Source: an uncultured Acidobacteriota bacterium
GTDB lineage: Bacteria; Acidobacteriota; Terriglobia; UBA7540
Assembly (NCBI GenBank): GCA_963804995.1
Contig: CAWDSK010000005.1
Location: 1,120,001 to 1,184,000 of the forward strand
Direction of reading: 5' to 3'
Length of the DNA stretch: 64,000 bases
Position 1 is the stretch's first letter. Each line of letters starts with the position of its first letter. The translations under genes were made by a program, and so were the position numbers. Below the pieces are notes generated by a model. The model was not told the DNA's origin and did not search any database. It was given only the letters and a program-made list of their open reading frames with translations. This document shows positions 50,808 to 62,934 of this stretch, piece after piece.

Positions 50808-52831
50808 CTACTTTCTTGCCACCAGTACTGATGCCGTGCCGTGTTTCGCTACTTGGATGGCAGCCACGCCGCGGGAAGCGGAAACCTGGGCGATATAAGG
50901 CGGGCCATCCGCCGAGAAGACTTCCGCTGACCGAATTTCTCCGGCGTCGGGAGTTTTTATGGTGACGGTGACCTCTTCCACCAGCGCTGCGCCACGCGAG
51001 CGATGCCGCAAGCGCGAGGTAAGCGGCGCCACATACGCCCCCGCGCCATTGAGGAAAAGGTTCACATCGTTCGCGCCGGTCGCCGCCACGCAGTGGGGCA
51101 GCAGCACCTGGCGCTTGCCGATCAGGGGCTCAAACAGCGGAGCATACAGCTCCAGGAAGTCGGCGGCACGCGGATTGGGCTTTTGCTGCGAAATCGGAAA
51201 CTCGTGCGCAATCATCTGCGGGAAGACCGCGCATTGCAATCGCAGTTTCATCTGCTTTTCGAACTCCAGCAGGTCGCCCTGGTAATCCTTCGGCTTTTCC
51301 CAGGCGGAAACCGGACGGTAGGGCGCAAGGTAGGCGAGCGCCGGGACGTAATCGTGCTCCTGGCAATAACCATCGACGTCGCGGAGAAGCTCCACACGCC
51401 AAAACTGGTTCACGAACACCCGTTTGTGCTGACCATGCGCCACACGGCAGATCGACTGCACGGCCGCGGCCACCGGTTGCGCCATGTTCTCAACGGGGCG
51501 GTCGCCCCGATCATGGTGAATCCGTCGTCGTGCCCGTGATCATACTTGCTGGCCCAATCCAGGCGGTCGATGACGAAGCCTTCGAAGTCCGGCAGTCGCG
51601 GGAAATGGCGCTCGCACTGCCGCTGCAACTCGGCCCAAATTGGTCCGTCCTGGCGTGGGTTGACGAGGCAGGCGCCCTCCCAAGTCGGGATCTCGCGCCC
51701 CTGCACGTCTTTCACGAGTGAATCGGCAAACGTCGTTTGCAGCAGATGGGTCGCCACTTCGGCGCTCCCGTCCACTCCCCCGGCGCCGCCGTATTCGGTC
51801 ACATTGAAGTATGCAAAGATTCCAATTTGATGCTGCTTCATTTCGGCGATGAAGGCGTTGATTTTCGCGTCGCTCATCATCTGGCCCAATTTCCAATGCT
51901 TGGCGTAGGTGTAGGGCGCCCACTCCCGGCCTTCCGGCAGGTAGTCCCCCAGGTATCTGAACCAGAAACTTGACCACATATAGCGAACGTGTTGGCGCGA
52001 CATTTCCGCGTAATCGGGATAGTCCTGGATGTGGTGATACCAGAACACTCCCTCGGAGTGGCCGCGCGCGAGGGGTGGCTCGAAGTATTCGGGAAACTCG
52101 TCGCTATATGCCTTCAGCGCGCCCCGATAATCGGCGGCATGCGAGTAGAACAACAGGCGCAGAGGTGACGCCGTTCCCTCTCCCATGGCACGATGGCCGA
52201 GTGTCAACCGCAGAATACGTCCCCCGATCCACTCAAATTGAAGGTGAGGTATGTTGACGTTCGGGGGCAAGGCCACCGTGAGAGCCTGATCCGTCTTGGG
52301 ATCCTGAACGGTAATGAGCGGCAGCACGTACGCGGTCCCCGTCCTCCAACCGGGGGACCCATAAGCCACAGGGCGGTAGGTCGGCCGCGCGCTTACCGGC
52401 GACTCGGGATCGTTAGAGGGCGTGAAAATCCTCAATCCGGGCGAAAGTACGGGCAAATCGATGGTAACCTCATGTCCCGTGCGCTTTCCCGAACCCTCAA
52501 AGCTGAGATCCCAGACAAGTCCGAAGCGGCTCGACGACCATTTTGGCGAAACCGCCAAGTCCAGTGCCTTGATTTGTCCCCCAATGGGGCTGTCACTGAC
52601 CCCAGTGACTTCATTGCGCACGCTCAAAGTGGGGGGGCTGTCGAGCCACACACGTTGCGACCCGCCCGAACCGGACTGAATGTGGACAGGATTACCATCC
52701 GCCCCGATGGTGGCCCTCAGGTCGCCACCTTTCACCAAGTTGGTCTCCGTTGGAATCCCCATGAGCAGGGGATTGGTAGACAAGCTGGCAGCAGAAGCCA
52801 GAGCGGTTTTCAGGAATCCACGTCTCTTCAT
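50808..52831 (-). CDS. Tat-exported hypothetical (glycosidase-like) protein; frameshift at ~51506
   Basis: MKRRGFLK Tat motif with GGAGG RBS; the ORFs join as ...TMIG(G)DRPVENMAQP across a G run. Confidence 0.65.
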
Positions 52832-52989
52832 TTTGGTTTTGACCTCCAATTTGGGGTTATAGCAGCGTGTTCAAAACGTGGTGCGGCAACTTTATGTCGC
52901 AATGGCGATGCTTTTTGAAATTGCTGCTAAATCCACAAGCATTGGCTTTTCAGCAAATTGCCGATTGGCCGACTTTGAGCATTTTACAG

Positions 52990-53586
52990 CTTTGCAAGCA
53001 AAGGTCCAGCCGAAGTGCTGTGCCAGCTCTACGGTTAAGATTTCCGAATTCAGTCAAGTACAAATAACGACGAAGTCCGGCAGCAGTTCGGCAGTAGAAT
53101 CTATCTCCGCGGACGATCTCAATGAATTCATGGTGCACCTCAAGAAGAAACACCAACTCGACAACAATAGCGTCATCCACAATATGATCATCGTGGCGCA
53201 ATTCCTGAAAAAGCAGGGCCGGGCGGGGCTCACGCGCAGCATCGATCTCCCCGAGGCAATTGATCGAACTTCTTAAGGTTCATCCTCGCAAGGATGGCAG
53301 CCGCTTTGTCTTCCCCTCACCGCGTGGCAATCGCGAGCTCCACTTGTTGGACAAGTGCAAGGCGATTGCGGAGCGCGCCAAGCTGATCCCGGCGCATTTT
53401 CTTCTTCGCAGATTCCGTTCCACCTATGCGACCCGCATGCTACGTTCGGGGTTCGACGTGCGCACGGTTCAACACTGGATGGGTCACAAGTCCTTGGAAA
53501 CGACAATGCGGTATCTTTCGCCGGCCAAGGATGTGCATGAGCGGCTGGACAAAGTCCAGATCGCGGGATTACCGGGTGCGGTCTGA
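52990..53586 (+). pseudogene. Tyrosine recombinase/phage integrase remnant with internal deletion
   Basis: SAM-like piece then FRSTYATRMLRSGFDVRTVQHWMGHKSLETTMRYL. Confidence 0.75.
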
Positions 53587-53587
53587 C

Positions 53588-54454
53588 CTATCGGGAAAAG
53601 CCAAGTAGCATGACGACACCCAAGTGGCGAAACCGCGATTGGTTTGCGTTGCCGAGGGGGGCCAAGGAAATTGTCGAGGCATGGGGCCGAGTTGCCGCTG
53701 TTTCTCTTTGGATTCCCCCATTTGTTAGAAAGCGTGAAGGCGACTTGAACGAAGCCGCCCGCTTCCAGCCGGTCCCACCTTGGGGGGTGTGCAGGGGGAG
53801 CTGCAAACCGTGTTCCAGGAACCACCACAAGGTCTGACGGGCGCTCCCTAGCTCGAGAAATTTGTGAAACACCAGCAGGATGGCTTGTTGCACCCGACGG
53901 TCGGGATCTTTCTCCCAACCGGACGCTTCGGTCTTGAGATAACCGACCGGCGCTGCCACCAGTAACTCGCCCCGCCTCGCCTTTTCGCGTCGTGCTTCCA
54001 CCGAGCGCTGGCGCAACAGGTCCAGTTCGTACTCATTCAAACTTCCTTTCAAACCTAACAGCAAGCGATCATTGCTTTGCCGAGGTGAATAAACCATCTC
54101 CTGGTCGATCAGTACCGTATCGACAACCCGGCACACTTCCACCAAATGTTGCCACTCTCGGCTGTTGCGAGCGAAGCGGGATACCTCTCGTGCCGCCACC
54201 GCTCCCACCTTGCCCAAACATACCTCCGCCACCATGCGTTCGAACCCTGCACGCATCACCGTCCCGGCCGCGGACCGGCCCAGGTCTTCATCCACGACCT
54301 CGATCTCGCGCCAGCCTAGCTGTGCGAGGCGTTCCTGCATGGCATACTGCAACTTCTGGCTTTCCAAGTTGTGGCTGACCTGGTAAGCCGAGGACTGGCG
54401 AACATACCGGATCGCCTTGCGCTCGAGATGCTGCGTCTTGATCTTGTCACTCAT
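53588..54454 (-). pseudogene. Large serine recombinase, 3'-truncated
   Basis: YVRQSS, DEDLGRS, EVSRFARNS, NDRLLLGLKG, KARRGEL; similarity ends near 53755. Confidence 0.82.
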
Positions 54455-54990
54455 GCCGCGCCTCCTTTGGAGGGCCGGAGGCGAGGACTCTGCTCAAGTG
54501 CCCGCGCAGCAGTTGCGCCAGCAGCTTCACGGTCTTCTGTTTGATTTCTCGGGGCAGCCCCGGCCAGGACGGGCTCGAGTGGGGCGGACGAAACAATTTC
54601 AATTGAGCGACTGTCGGTCGGTTCCCTGACGTTCGCATCAGCACCTCCTAGGGCTAGCAAGGAATGATGCTGAGCTTGTAGCACAACGCCTGGGCGACCG
54701 AGGGATGCACCTTGAAGCAGGACCTTCAAATCCCACAGCGCTTCGCAGGCCACCGTGGGAACTGCCATCCTACGCATCCGAGAGCACGGGGCAGGATCGA
54801 ACATCCATTGCGGTATTTCCAAGTGCCGAGCCTCTTGGTTCTCCTCGATGCCGCACCGGAATACTGCTTGGCCGTTCTTGATGAGAGTCTCATAAATCCA
54901 GACCGGATCGAGCGTACCACGGATGCCACAGGTAACAGACTTCTCGAGATTCAGTAATATGGGTGTTGAGTTGTCGAGTTGTACCCCCAT
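54451..54990 (-). CDS. Small accessory protein of the serine-recombinase element (Y4bD/Y4pK-like); frameshift ~54903
   Basis: REVCYLWHPWY in one frame continues as VWIYETL...EIPQWMFDPAPC; ATGA coupling to the recombinase. Confidence 0.5.
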   Translation of the reverse strand: MGVQLDNSTPILLNLEKSVTCGIRGTLDPVWIYETLIKNGQAVFRCGIEENQEARHLEIPQWMFDPAPCSRMRRMAVPTVACEALWDLKVLLQGASLGRPGVVLQAQHHSLLALGGADANVREPTDSRSIEIVSSAPLEPVLAGAAPRNQTEDREAAGATAARALEQSPRLRPSKGGAA

Positions 54991-55336
54991 GACCGCCCGG
55001 TTCTTGGACTCCGGAAGGGAACTCCGAACCGTAGAACTCCCTCCAGAATCTTAGGTCGCGTCCTGTCTCAAGGGCGACTCGGCGGGCTGCATCAACGTTA
55101 CGATCGGGCTGCCTGACCCGGTGCCACTTTTCGCCCGTCCTTGAAATGTTCACGCCGCAGGCGCGAACACTCTGGTTTCCACCCCGAGAGACCTTCGCAC
55201 TCCTCAAAGCGCCTCTTGACCGAGTTCAGGCTCCGTTTTCACCCTGAGACGAGGACGAATCGCACCAGGTTTCGTCGCGGCTGAGATCCTGGCGAACGGC
55301 AGCTGCAAATTCTTGTTTCTTGGCACGGCTGTCCGG

Positions 55337-56407
55337 TTAAAAGTCAAACAGCCTCAGTTGGTTAGCGAAAGTCGAACCTTCGCTTTCCGCAGCGGAGTGG
55401 GAAAAGACCTCTAAAATCGGGGTTTTTTCGAAAATCGTGATGCTGAGAATCTGGAGAATTTTGTATAAGCTCAGGTCGAGGCCGAGCTGCTGCTTGAGGA
55501 TGGCTACGAGGACATAAACCGCGAGCGCGAACTACACCTGCGTCTTCACGGCGTTCTCCGAGGTGCCCTAGAAGGCTTTGATGCGCAGGTGCTGTTTGAT
55601 CCAACGGAAGAACAGTTCCACCTGCCAGCGCGCTCGACAGAGTTGTGCAATCGTCAAGGCGGGCAAGAGAAAATTGTTGGTCAGGAAAACGAGCCGCAAA
55701 TTCTTTTCGGCATCGAAGTAGGCGACGCGACGCAGAGGAGCAGGATAACGCTGCGCGGTTTTGACTCCGCTGAGCCGAACCGTCTGATCGCAGCGCAGGC
55801 CGGTGGACCGCGGGACGGGTCGCGAGGATCGACGATAGAACTGATATTTCTTTTTGGCGCGCGTGAGGAAGAAAGCACAAGCCTGCGTGAAGGGATACAG
55901 GCGGGCGAAATCGACGTAGGTGCGGTCGAACCAATAAAACGCCCCGGCTTCCAGCAGAAGTTCATCCAGGAAGTTTACATCGTGAAGGTGACCGCCCGTC
56001 ACATCAACACTGATCGGAATGCTGCCCCGCAGGTCCAGCATCGTGTGCAGTTGGAGTGCGCTTCGGGGGTGGCGGAACGCCGCCCAAGGGAACAGCGACA
56101 GACACCAATCGACGCTCGTCGAATCGAGCCCCTAGACCACCTCGGACAGCTCGACACCCAAAGATTCGTGGCGGTAAAGGTCGCGAGCGATGCCGATCAA
56201 AACCCGCGCGAAATCGGCATAGATGCGCCCGTCGCGGCGCTCGTTGGCGTCGGCGAGTGTGGCCCGCGAAACGTGCCCGGGGAAGCCCGCAGGATAGAGC
56301 CCCGGTTGCCGAGCGCGCAGACAGGCATCGATGTCCCGCAAGCTTTCGCGATAGGTGCGCTGAGCAAAGGCCAAGCAAAGGAACTGGTCCCAGCAGGAGA
56401 AATCCTT
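55337..56407 (-). pseudogene. Decayed IS4-family transposase
   Basis: FSCWDQF..AFAQ.TYRESLRDI, LDST, LDLRGSIP, FDR.Y.DF, RWQVELFFRWIKQHLRIK; several stops and shifts; end CACGGCTGTCCGGTTAA at ~55324. Confidence 0.88.
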
Positions 56408-56685
56408 TCAGATTTATGCGAGAGCGAATCTGGAGATGAAACGAAACGCGCTTGAGAAAATCAATGAGTCCTCGCCAGTCCAGGCGATCCCATGCTGGCA
56501 GGAGAACACAGGCATTCTTGACTGGCTCCGTTCTCTGTAAACCGCCGAAGGACATACGTGCATGGCAACCCTGAAGCGAGCTCCGCCAATCGGACGAGAT
56601 ATTATGTTGAGTCCACCGACGCGCACCCCTTGCCAATCGCCAAGTTAAAGCACTTCACTGCGCATATCTACTGTCTGCACACAAT

Positions 56686-56990
56686 AAGGGTGGGAACGGT
56701 GAAGAAGTCCATGGCCGCGATGGCTTCGCGGTGATTACGGAGAAATGCCCGCCAACGCTGGGCAGGCTCAGGATTTCTGGGTGCGCGTCGCATCCATCGC
56801 GAGATGGTTCGTTCGGAAACCTCAAAGCCGAGCATGCGGAGTTCGCCATGAATGCGCGGAGCACCCCAGGTGGCATTCTCGGCAACCATTTGGAAAATCA
56901 ATTGGCGGATCTCATGGGAGATTCTTTTTCCGCCACCCAATCGCTTTCGTGTTTTGCAGAGGGTGGTCCAATAGAGCCGGAATCCCGCGC
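56686..56990 (-). pseudogene. Internal fragment of IS3/IS481-like integrase-core transposase
   Basis: RAGFRLYW...ENATWGAPRIHGEL...WRAFLRNH...AMDFFTVPT. Confidence 0.8.
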
Positions 56991-57149
56991 GGTCGATTTC
57001 CAATTCCATGGGAGTGTCCCAGGTCAGGGGTTTTTAGTGGGACCTCGCTCGCTATGCCCCGCTACAGGCAACTTCTGGGACATCTCTGAAGGCCATAATG
57101 TCCGACTGGATGTAGGCTATGTACTGACCAGCGCACCCTTGGGAGCCGG

Positions 57150-60100
57150 CTACTGCAGAGTCTCCGGCTTCCTATCCAGAACCTCGCGGACCTTCCGTAC
57201 CAGCGCATCCGGCGCGAAGGGTTTCTGGAGGAAAAACGTGCCCACCTCCAGGATGCCGTGGCGGACAATGGCATCGTCCGTGTACCCCGACATGTAAAGC
57301 ACTTTCGTCCCGGGACGCAGGGTGGATAAACGCTTGGCCAACTCCTTGCCGCCGGCCTGGGGCATCACCACGTCGGTCAGCAGCAGATGAATGGGTTCTG
57401 TAAGTTGTTCGACGATCTGAAGCGCCTGTGCGGCTCCGGTTGCTTCCAGTACCTTATAGCCTTTCGATTTGAGCGTTTTGCAAACCAGCGACCGGACGCC
57501 TTCCTCGTCTTCGACTACCAGGACAGTTTCTGCACCTTTGGCCGGCTTAGCAGCGAAATCGGCTGGTTCGGTGGTGGACGCAGCTTCCTCGACGCAGGGG
57601 AAGTAAATCTTAAACGTGGAACCCTGTCCGGGTTCGCTGTAAACCCAGATGAAGCCACCGCTCTGCTTGACGATCCCATAGACCGTAGCTAATCCCAGAC
57701 CGGTTCCATGGCCCTTCTCCTTGGTGGTGAAAAAGGGCTCAAAGATATGGGTTTGGGTTTCGGCGTCCATTCCGCAACCCGTGTCGCTCACGGCCACCAT
57801 GACGAACTTGCCCGGCATGATACTGGGATGGCTGCGCGCGTAATCCTCATCCACATCCACGTTGGAGGTCTCAAGATAGAGTTTTCCACCCTCCGGCATG
57901 GCGTCCCGAGCATTGACCGCCAGGTTCATGACGACCTGCTCGATCTGCCCCGGATCGACTTTGACGTGCCCCAGGTCAGGCTTCAACGACGTTACTAACT
58001 CCACGTCTTCACCGATCAGGCGGCGCAGCATCTTTTCTACCTCGGTAAGGACGCTATTTAAGTCCAGGACTCTGGGTTCCAGGACTTGCCGGCGGCTGAA
58101 AGCCAGTAGTTGCCGCGTCAGCCCAGCCGCCCTCTCACCCGCCATCAGGATTTCCTTGAGATGGTCCCGCCGCGGGTCCTCAGCAGAGGTCTGCTCGGTG
58201 AGAAGCTCGGCATACCCGTTGATGATGGTAAGCAGGTTGTTGAAATCGTGGGCCACCCCGCCCGCCAGCCGCCCCACGGCTTCGATCTTCTGCGCCTGGA
58301 TTAATTGCTGCTCCAATAGCTTGCGAGCCGTGATGTCCTGTTCCGTGGCAATGAAGTGGGTGATTTTGCCGTGCTCACCCCGTACTGGTGCGACGCTCAT
58401 CTGTAAGGTGTAAAGGCTTCCGTCCTTTCGCCGGTTGATGATCTCCCCTTGCCAGATTTCTCCCTTTAGAATGGTTGCCCAAAGCTGTTGATAAAACGCT
58501 GGGTCTTGTTTGCCTGATTTCAGGATCCTGGGGTTCTTTCCCAAAACCTCCTCGCGACTATACCCGGTGATGCGAGTAAAGGCCGGGTTGACATACTCGA
58601 TGTCACCGCTGATATTGGTAATCACTGCGGCTTCGGCGGACTGCTCAATGGCGGTCACCAGGCGTGCTTTCTCCGCCTCCACCTGCTTGCGCTCGGTGAC
58701 GTCTTCCACGATTCCGTCGTAATACATTATCTTCCCGTCTTCGCTATGAAAGGCCCGGGCGCTTTCGCGAACGAAGATCACGGAGCCATCCCGCCTTGTC
58801 CACGCCTCTTCCAGGTCTCTGACTTCGCTGTCCTGTGCCATTCGGTCGCGAAATGCCTTCCGAGGGTACCCTGGTTCGAACCCTTCCTCCTCAAGGTTAC
58901 GAGCGGCCAGTTCTTTGAAGTTCTTATACCCTAACATCTTTACCAGGGCCGGATTCGCCATCAGGATACGGCCTTGGGGGGTGGTGCGATAAATTCCCAC
59001 GGTCGCGTTTTCCACCAGACTGCGGAAGCGCTCTTCACTTTCGCGCAACGCCTCTTCCGCTCGCTTGCGTCCGGTGATGTCCATGGCGATGCCGCGCAGG
59101 TGGGTGATGGCGCCGTCGGCATTGCGAACTGGCTCGCCCCGGTCCAGTATCCACCCTCGGCTCCCATCTGCTCGCACCGTCTCCAACTCCAATTCGTAGG
59201 GCGTGCCGGTGCGCACTGCCTCCTCCAGTTCGGTGGTAAGCCGCCTCCAACTTTCCGGCGTGAAGAGTCGCCCATGCTCCGAGTAGGGAAGGGACAGCAG
59301 GGAAGGATCAAGGCCAAACATGCGGTACACCTCGTCGGACCACGTGGCCTGCCCCGTCTTCAAGTCCATCGACCAGTTGCCGAGGCGAGCCAGGCGATGT
59401 GCCTCTCTCAGTTCCAACTCGCTCTCCCGCAACGCCTCTTCCGCCCGCTTGCTCTCGGAGATCTCCACCATGACGCCACGCAGCCGTTCCACCTTCCCCT
59501 CCGGACCTGCAACCGCGTGCATGAAATCCCTGAACCAGAGAACGCGGCCGTCGGCCGCCGTCATGCGGTATTCCACCGAGCAGGGCTTGCCTTTTTCCGT
59601 CACCTCTCGTTCGCAGGCCAACGCTCCCTCGCGGTCCTCGGGGTGGAGGTGGGCTGCCCAGAAGCCCGGAGTCTGGAGCCACTGCTCCGCCGGGTAGCCC
59701 AGAATCTTTTCCACCCCCTGGCTCATGAAGGTGATTCTCAGGGTCGGTGCGTCGGCCTCCCAAACAACAGCCTCGGCGGTTTCCACCAACTCCCGCAAGC
59801 GCTCCTCGCTGCTGCGCAACGCCGCTTCCGCCCGCTTACGCTCGGTGATGTCCTGCACCGTGCCGCGGAGTTGCGTGACGTGGCCGCTCGCATCGCGCAC
59901 CGCCTCCCCGCGGCCAATCAACCACCGCTTGGAGCCGTCGGGGCGGACCATTTCCAGGTCGAGCTCGTAAGGAGTTCCGGTGGCGAGGGCATTCTCTACC
60001 GCACGCTTCAGTCGCTCCCAACTCTCCGGGGCATAGATCTGTGGGTGCTCCTGGTAGCTGGGCGCAGGCAGTTTCGGTTCTCGACCCGCGATGCGATAGA

Positions 60101-62312
60101 GGTTCTCATCCCAGGTGACGGTGTCCGTCGCCGCCGTCCACTCCCAAGCACCCATCTGGGCGGCCAGCAGTGCTTCTTTCAGCTTGGCTTCACTCTGGAG
60201 CAAAGCCTCCGCCGCCCGTTTGCGCTCGGTGATGTCCTCCATGACGGCGCAGATATAGTCCACCGTTCCATCGAATTTGCGCACGCAGCGGACCGCGATG
60301 CTGGTCCAGATAATCTCACTGTCCTTGCGAATAAATCGCTTGTCCAGCGAGTATCCATCGATCTCCCCCGTTAAGACTCGATTGAATTGAATGACATCTG
60401 TTTCCAAATCGTCCGGGTGGGTCAATTTCGCCCAGTCCGTTTCTTTGAGCTCCTGCAGTGAGTAACCCAATATTTCGCAGATCCGATCGTTGGCGGCGAT
60501 CCACCCCTTTTCCGGGGAGGTGATAGCCGTCCCCAGCAGGGGCTGTTCAAAGTAGTTGCGGAAACGAGCCTCACTCTGACGCAGCGCCTCCTCCGCCCGT
60601 TTGCGCTCGGTGATGTCGGAGAGCAACCCGTCAGCATACCGGACGCCGTTTTTCTCATAAGTGGCAAGAGCCCGGTGTTGCAGCCATCTCCATTCCCCGT
60701 CTTTGCGCTGGGCACGAACCTCCACATCAAACGGCTGCCCCTCCACAAAGAGGGCTCGAAAGGCTTCCCTCACCTTGGGAACGTCGTCGGGATGGAGGGA
60801 GGAGAGATAGAGGTGAGCGCCCCGTTCATAAATCTCGTCAGGTGTATAGCCGCTGAGGGTTTCAATGTTGCTGCTGATAAAGACAAAGCGCTGGTGGGCG
60901 TCCAAAGTCCAGGACACGTCAGGGATGTTCGACACCAGCGACCGGAATTTTTCTTCGCTCTCGCGGAGGGCTTCCACCACCTGCTGCCGCTCGGTGACGT
61001 CCCGATTGAAACTCAGGATGGCTTTTCGGCCACGATACTGAATGACCGAGGAGCTGACCAGAACATCGATCTCTCTTCCCTTGCGCGTCCGGTGTACGGA
61101 TTCAAATCTCTGACACGTTCCCGTGCGCAGCAGCTCCCTGATCTGCTCTTCCCCCCGGGCGATATCCTTGGTGAATTCCTTCAAGCTCGAGCCCACCAGG
61201 GTTCCTGGCGCGACACCATACAGTTCGCAGGCCGCCGCGTTCGCTTGCAGAATGCGCTCACTCTCGGGTTCGAAGATCACAATGGGGACAACCGCACTCT
61301 CAAACAGCACCCGGTAGTCCTGCTCCGAGCTGCGCAGTTTTGTTTTAGAGGCGTGCCGGCTGCGCTCCGCCAAGGAACTTCGCAAGATGAAAAGCACGGC
61401 ACAAACACCTGCGCACACGTCCATCAGCCTGTGATAAGGGGCGGGAGTACTGAGGGCGAGGACCAGCACCAGCAGCAGAGTGGCAGCCGCAAACAAACTT
61501 AAGACCAGGCGCAGCGCGCCGCGGCGTCCGGCCGGCTCCGGTCTGTCATCAGCTACGTTCTCCCAGCGCACGGCCAGGATGCCCAGCAACAACCACAACG
61601 CGGGCCTGCTGACGGCGAAGATAGGATTAAAGTATCCGGGAAACGCCACCCGAAGGATGGTTACGGCCGCGAACACTCCTCCCACTCTCCGATAGAAGGC
61701 GCGCGCCTGCGATGCGGGGTCGACCCCCGAACGCAGCAGCAGCCCGCCGGAGAGTAAAACATTCCGCACCAAATCGGGGTGCCCAATTGCGGTCCAGGAC
61801 TGGCCAGCCAGGATGCGGGGCAAGTCGACAAGCCGGAAGTAAGCCAGTCCGGCGGCCACCGTCACCAGGAGATAGTCCAGAAGGGTCAGCCAAGTCCAGT
61901 CTGGCCGGCCGTCTTTCTCAAGGGGATAGAAAACCAGGAGCGCCAGCGGCAGGTAAGAGCTCCAGCCCAGAAACTCGAGGGATGAGAACAATGTTCCCGT
62001 ACCGAGAGAAATATCCAGAAGAAAATCATGAAGATCTGTCGCGGCCATGAACACAAAGAAAGCGGCGGTGATTAGCCAGAGTCCCTTGCCCAGGGGTGAA
62101 GAGCGCGCGGCTGCGTACCCGCAGGCAAGGATGCAGACGAGAAATACGACAATCTCAAAACCGTCCATGAAGGCTTCTTGGTAGGACGGCGGGAGGAGGA
62201 ACAAACGGATAACATCGAGGAGAATGAGCCCCACAGCCACGCCAGCGAGAATTCTGCTCCAGCGTCGCTTTCGGGATGCGTCTGCCACTTTGGTTTCCAT
62301 AGGGACACCCAT
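57150..62312 (-). CDS. Membrane-bound hybrid sensor histidine kinase with 8 PAS domains and a C-terminal receiver (start 62312 or 62300)
   Basis: Multi-TM N-terminus; eight DITERK-type PAS/PAC repeats; GVAHDFNNLL, NARDAM, PFFTTK..GTGLGL, LLLTDVVMP, QKPF. Confidence 0.93.
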   Translation of the reverse strand: MGVPMETKVADASRKRRWSRILAGVAVGLILLDVIRLFLLPPSYQEAFMDGFEIVVFLVCILACGYAAARSSPLGKGLWLITAAFFVFMAATDLHDFLLDISLGTGTLFSSLEFLGWSSYLPLALLVFYPLEKDGRPDWTWLTLLDYLLVTVAAGLAYFRLVDLPRILAGQSWTAIGHPDLVRNVLLSGGLLLRSGVDPASQARAFYRRVGGVFAAVTILRVAFPGYFNPIFAVSRPALWLLLGILAVRWENVADDRPEPAGRRGALRLVLSLFAAATLLLVLVLALSTPAPYHRLMDVCAGVCAVLFILRSSLAERSRHASKTKLRSSEQDYRVLFESAVVPIVIFEPESERILQANAAACELYGVAPGTLVGSSLKEFTKDIARGEEQIRELLRTGTCQRFESVHRTRKGREIDVLVSSSVIQYRGRKAILSFNRDVTERQQVVEALRESEEKFRSLVSNIPDVSWTLDAHQRFVFISSNIETLSGYTPDEIYERGAHLYLSSLHPDDVPKVREAFRALFVEGQPFDVEVRAQRKDGEWRWLQHRALATYEKNGVRYADGLLSDITERKRAEEALRQSEARFRNYFEQPLLGTAITSPEKGWIAANDRICEILGYSLQELKETDWAKLTHPDDLETDVIQFNRVLTGEIDGYSLDKRFIRKDSEIIWTSIAVRCVRKFDGTVDYICAVMEDITERKRAAEALLQSEAKLKEALLAAQMGAWEWTAATDTVTWDENLYRIAGREPKLPAPSYQEHPQIYAPESWERLKRAVENALATGTPYELDLEMVRPDGSKRWLIGRGEAVRDASGHVTQLRGTVQDITERKRAEAALRSSEERLRELVETAEAVVWEADAPTLRITFMSQGVEKILGYPAEQWLQTPGFWAAHLHPEDREGALACEREVTEKGKPCSVEYRMTAADGRVLWFRDFMHAVAGPEGKVERLRGVMVEISESKRAEEALRESELELREAHRLARLGNWSMDLKTGQATWSDEVYRMFGLDPSLLSLPYSEHGRLFTPESWRRLTTELEEAVRTGTPYELELETVRADGSRGWILDRGEPVRNADGAITHLRGIAMDITGRKRAEEALRESEERFRSLVENATVGIYRTTPQGRILMANPALVKMLGYKNFKELAARNLEEEGFEPGYPRKAFRDRMAQDSEVRDLEEAWTRRDGSVIFVRESARAFHSEDGKIMYYDGIVEDVTERKQVEAEKARLVTAIEQSAEAAVITNISGDIEYVNPAFTRITGYSREEVLGKNPRILKSGKQDPAFYQQLWATILKGEIWQGEIINRRKDGSLYTLQMSVAPVRGEHGKITHFIATEQDITARKLLEQQLIQAQKIEAVGRLAGGVAHDFNNLLTIINGYAELLTEQTSAEDPRRDHLKEILMAGERAAGLTRQLLAFSRRQVLEPRVLDLNSVLTEVEKMLRRLIGEDVELVTSLKPDLGHVKVDPGQIEQVVMNLAVNARDAMPEGGKLYLETSNVDVDEDYARSHPSIMPGKFVMVAVSDTGCGMDAETQTHIFEPFFTTKEKGHGTGLGLATVYGIVKQSGGFIWVYSEPGQGSTFKIYFPCVEEAASTTEPADFAAKPAKGAETVLVVEDEEGVRSLVCKTLKSKGYKVLEATGAAQALQIVEQLTEPIHLLLTDVVMPQAGGKELAKRLSTLRPGTKVLYMSGYTDDAIVRHGILEVGTFFLQKPFAPDALVRKVREVLDRKPETLQ

Positions 62313-62934
62313 CGTGGATGCTCCGGGCCTTAGCAGGGCGCTGCGCGTGTGGGCACAGGAAGCGCCAGCCTTCTTTGATGCTTTTCGAGACTGCTGTTTA
62401 GAGGCCGGCGTATTGCCGGTCTGCCAGCAGACTGTAATCCCCGGCTTCCATGGCGGCAATGAGCGTCCGGGTTCCGCTCATCAGCCTTCGCCCCTCGCCC
62501 GTGGCGATAAGCCGTTTGGCAGCGTCAAGCCCCTGCTGCCTCCGCAGGGCGACGAGCTACGGGGCCTTCCAGCCGCAAGCTCGGGAAGTAAGATTAACGG
62601 TGCGAGGGAGGTGAATCCTTATCAACCCGGGTGAACGGGAACGACATCCGGTGCCTCTGTAGCGTTGTGTCTACCCCGGAAACGCTCCGTGGTGGACAGT
62701 CCATGGGGCGCCAACCGTTCACCCAAAGTTGATAACTGAGTGTGAATGCGCTCTTTCGCGTTTGTCAAGTATTAAATGCAGATATATCCTATACTATGAC
62801 CCTTAAGTACATAACACGGCTTGAGTTGATAAATTGTCAATGATGGAGTGCGGTCCACCGTGGCCGACGGCCGCTTTCGGTTTTGGAGTGCGGGAGCTCG
62901 CTCCCGCTTTTTCTGCCGCTGACTCGTCAGCGGT

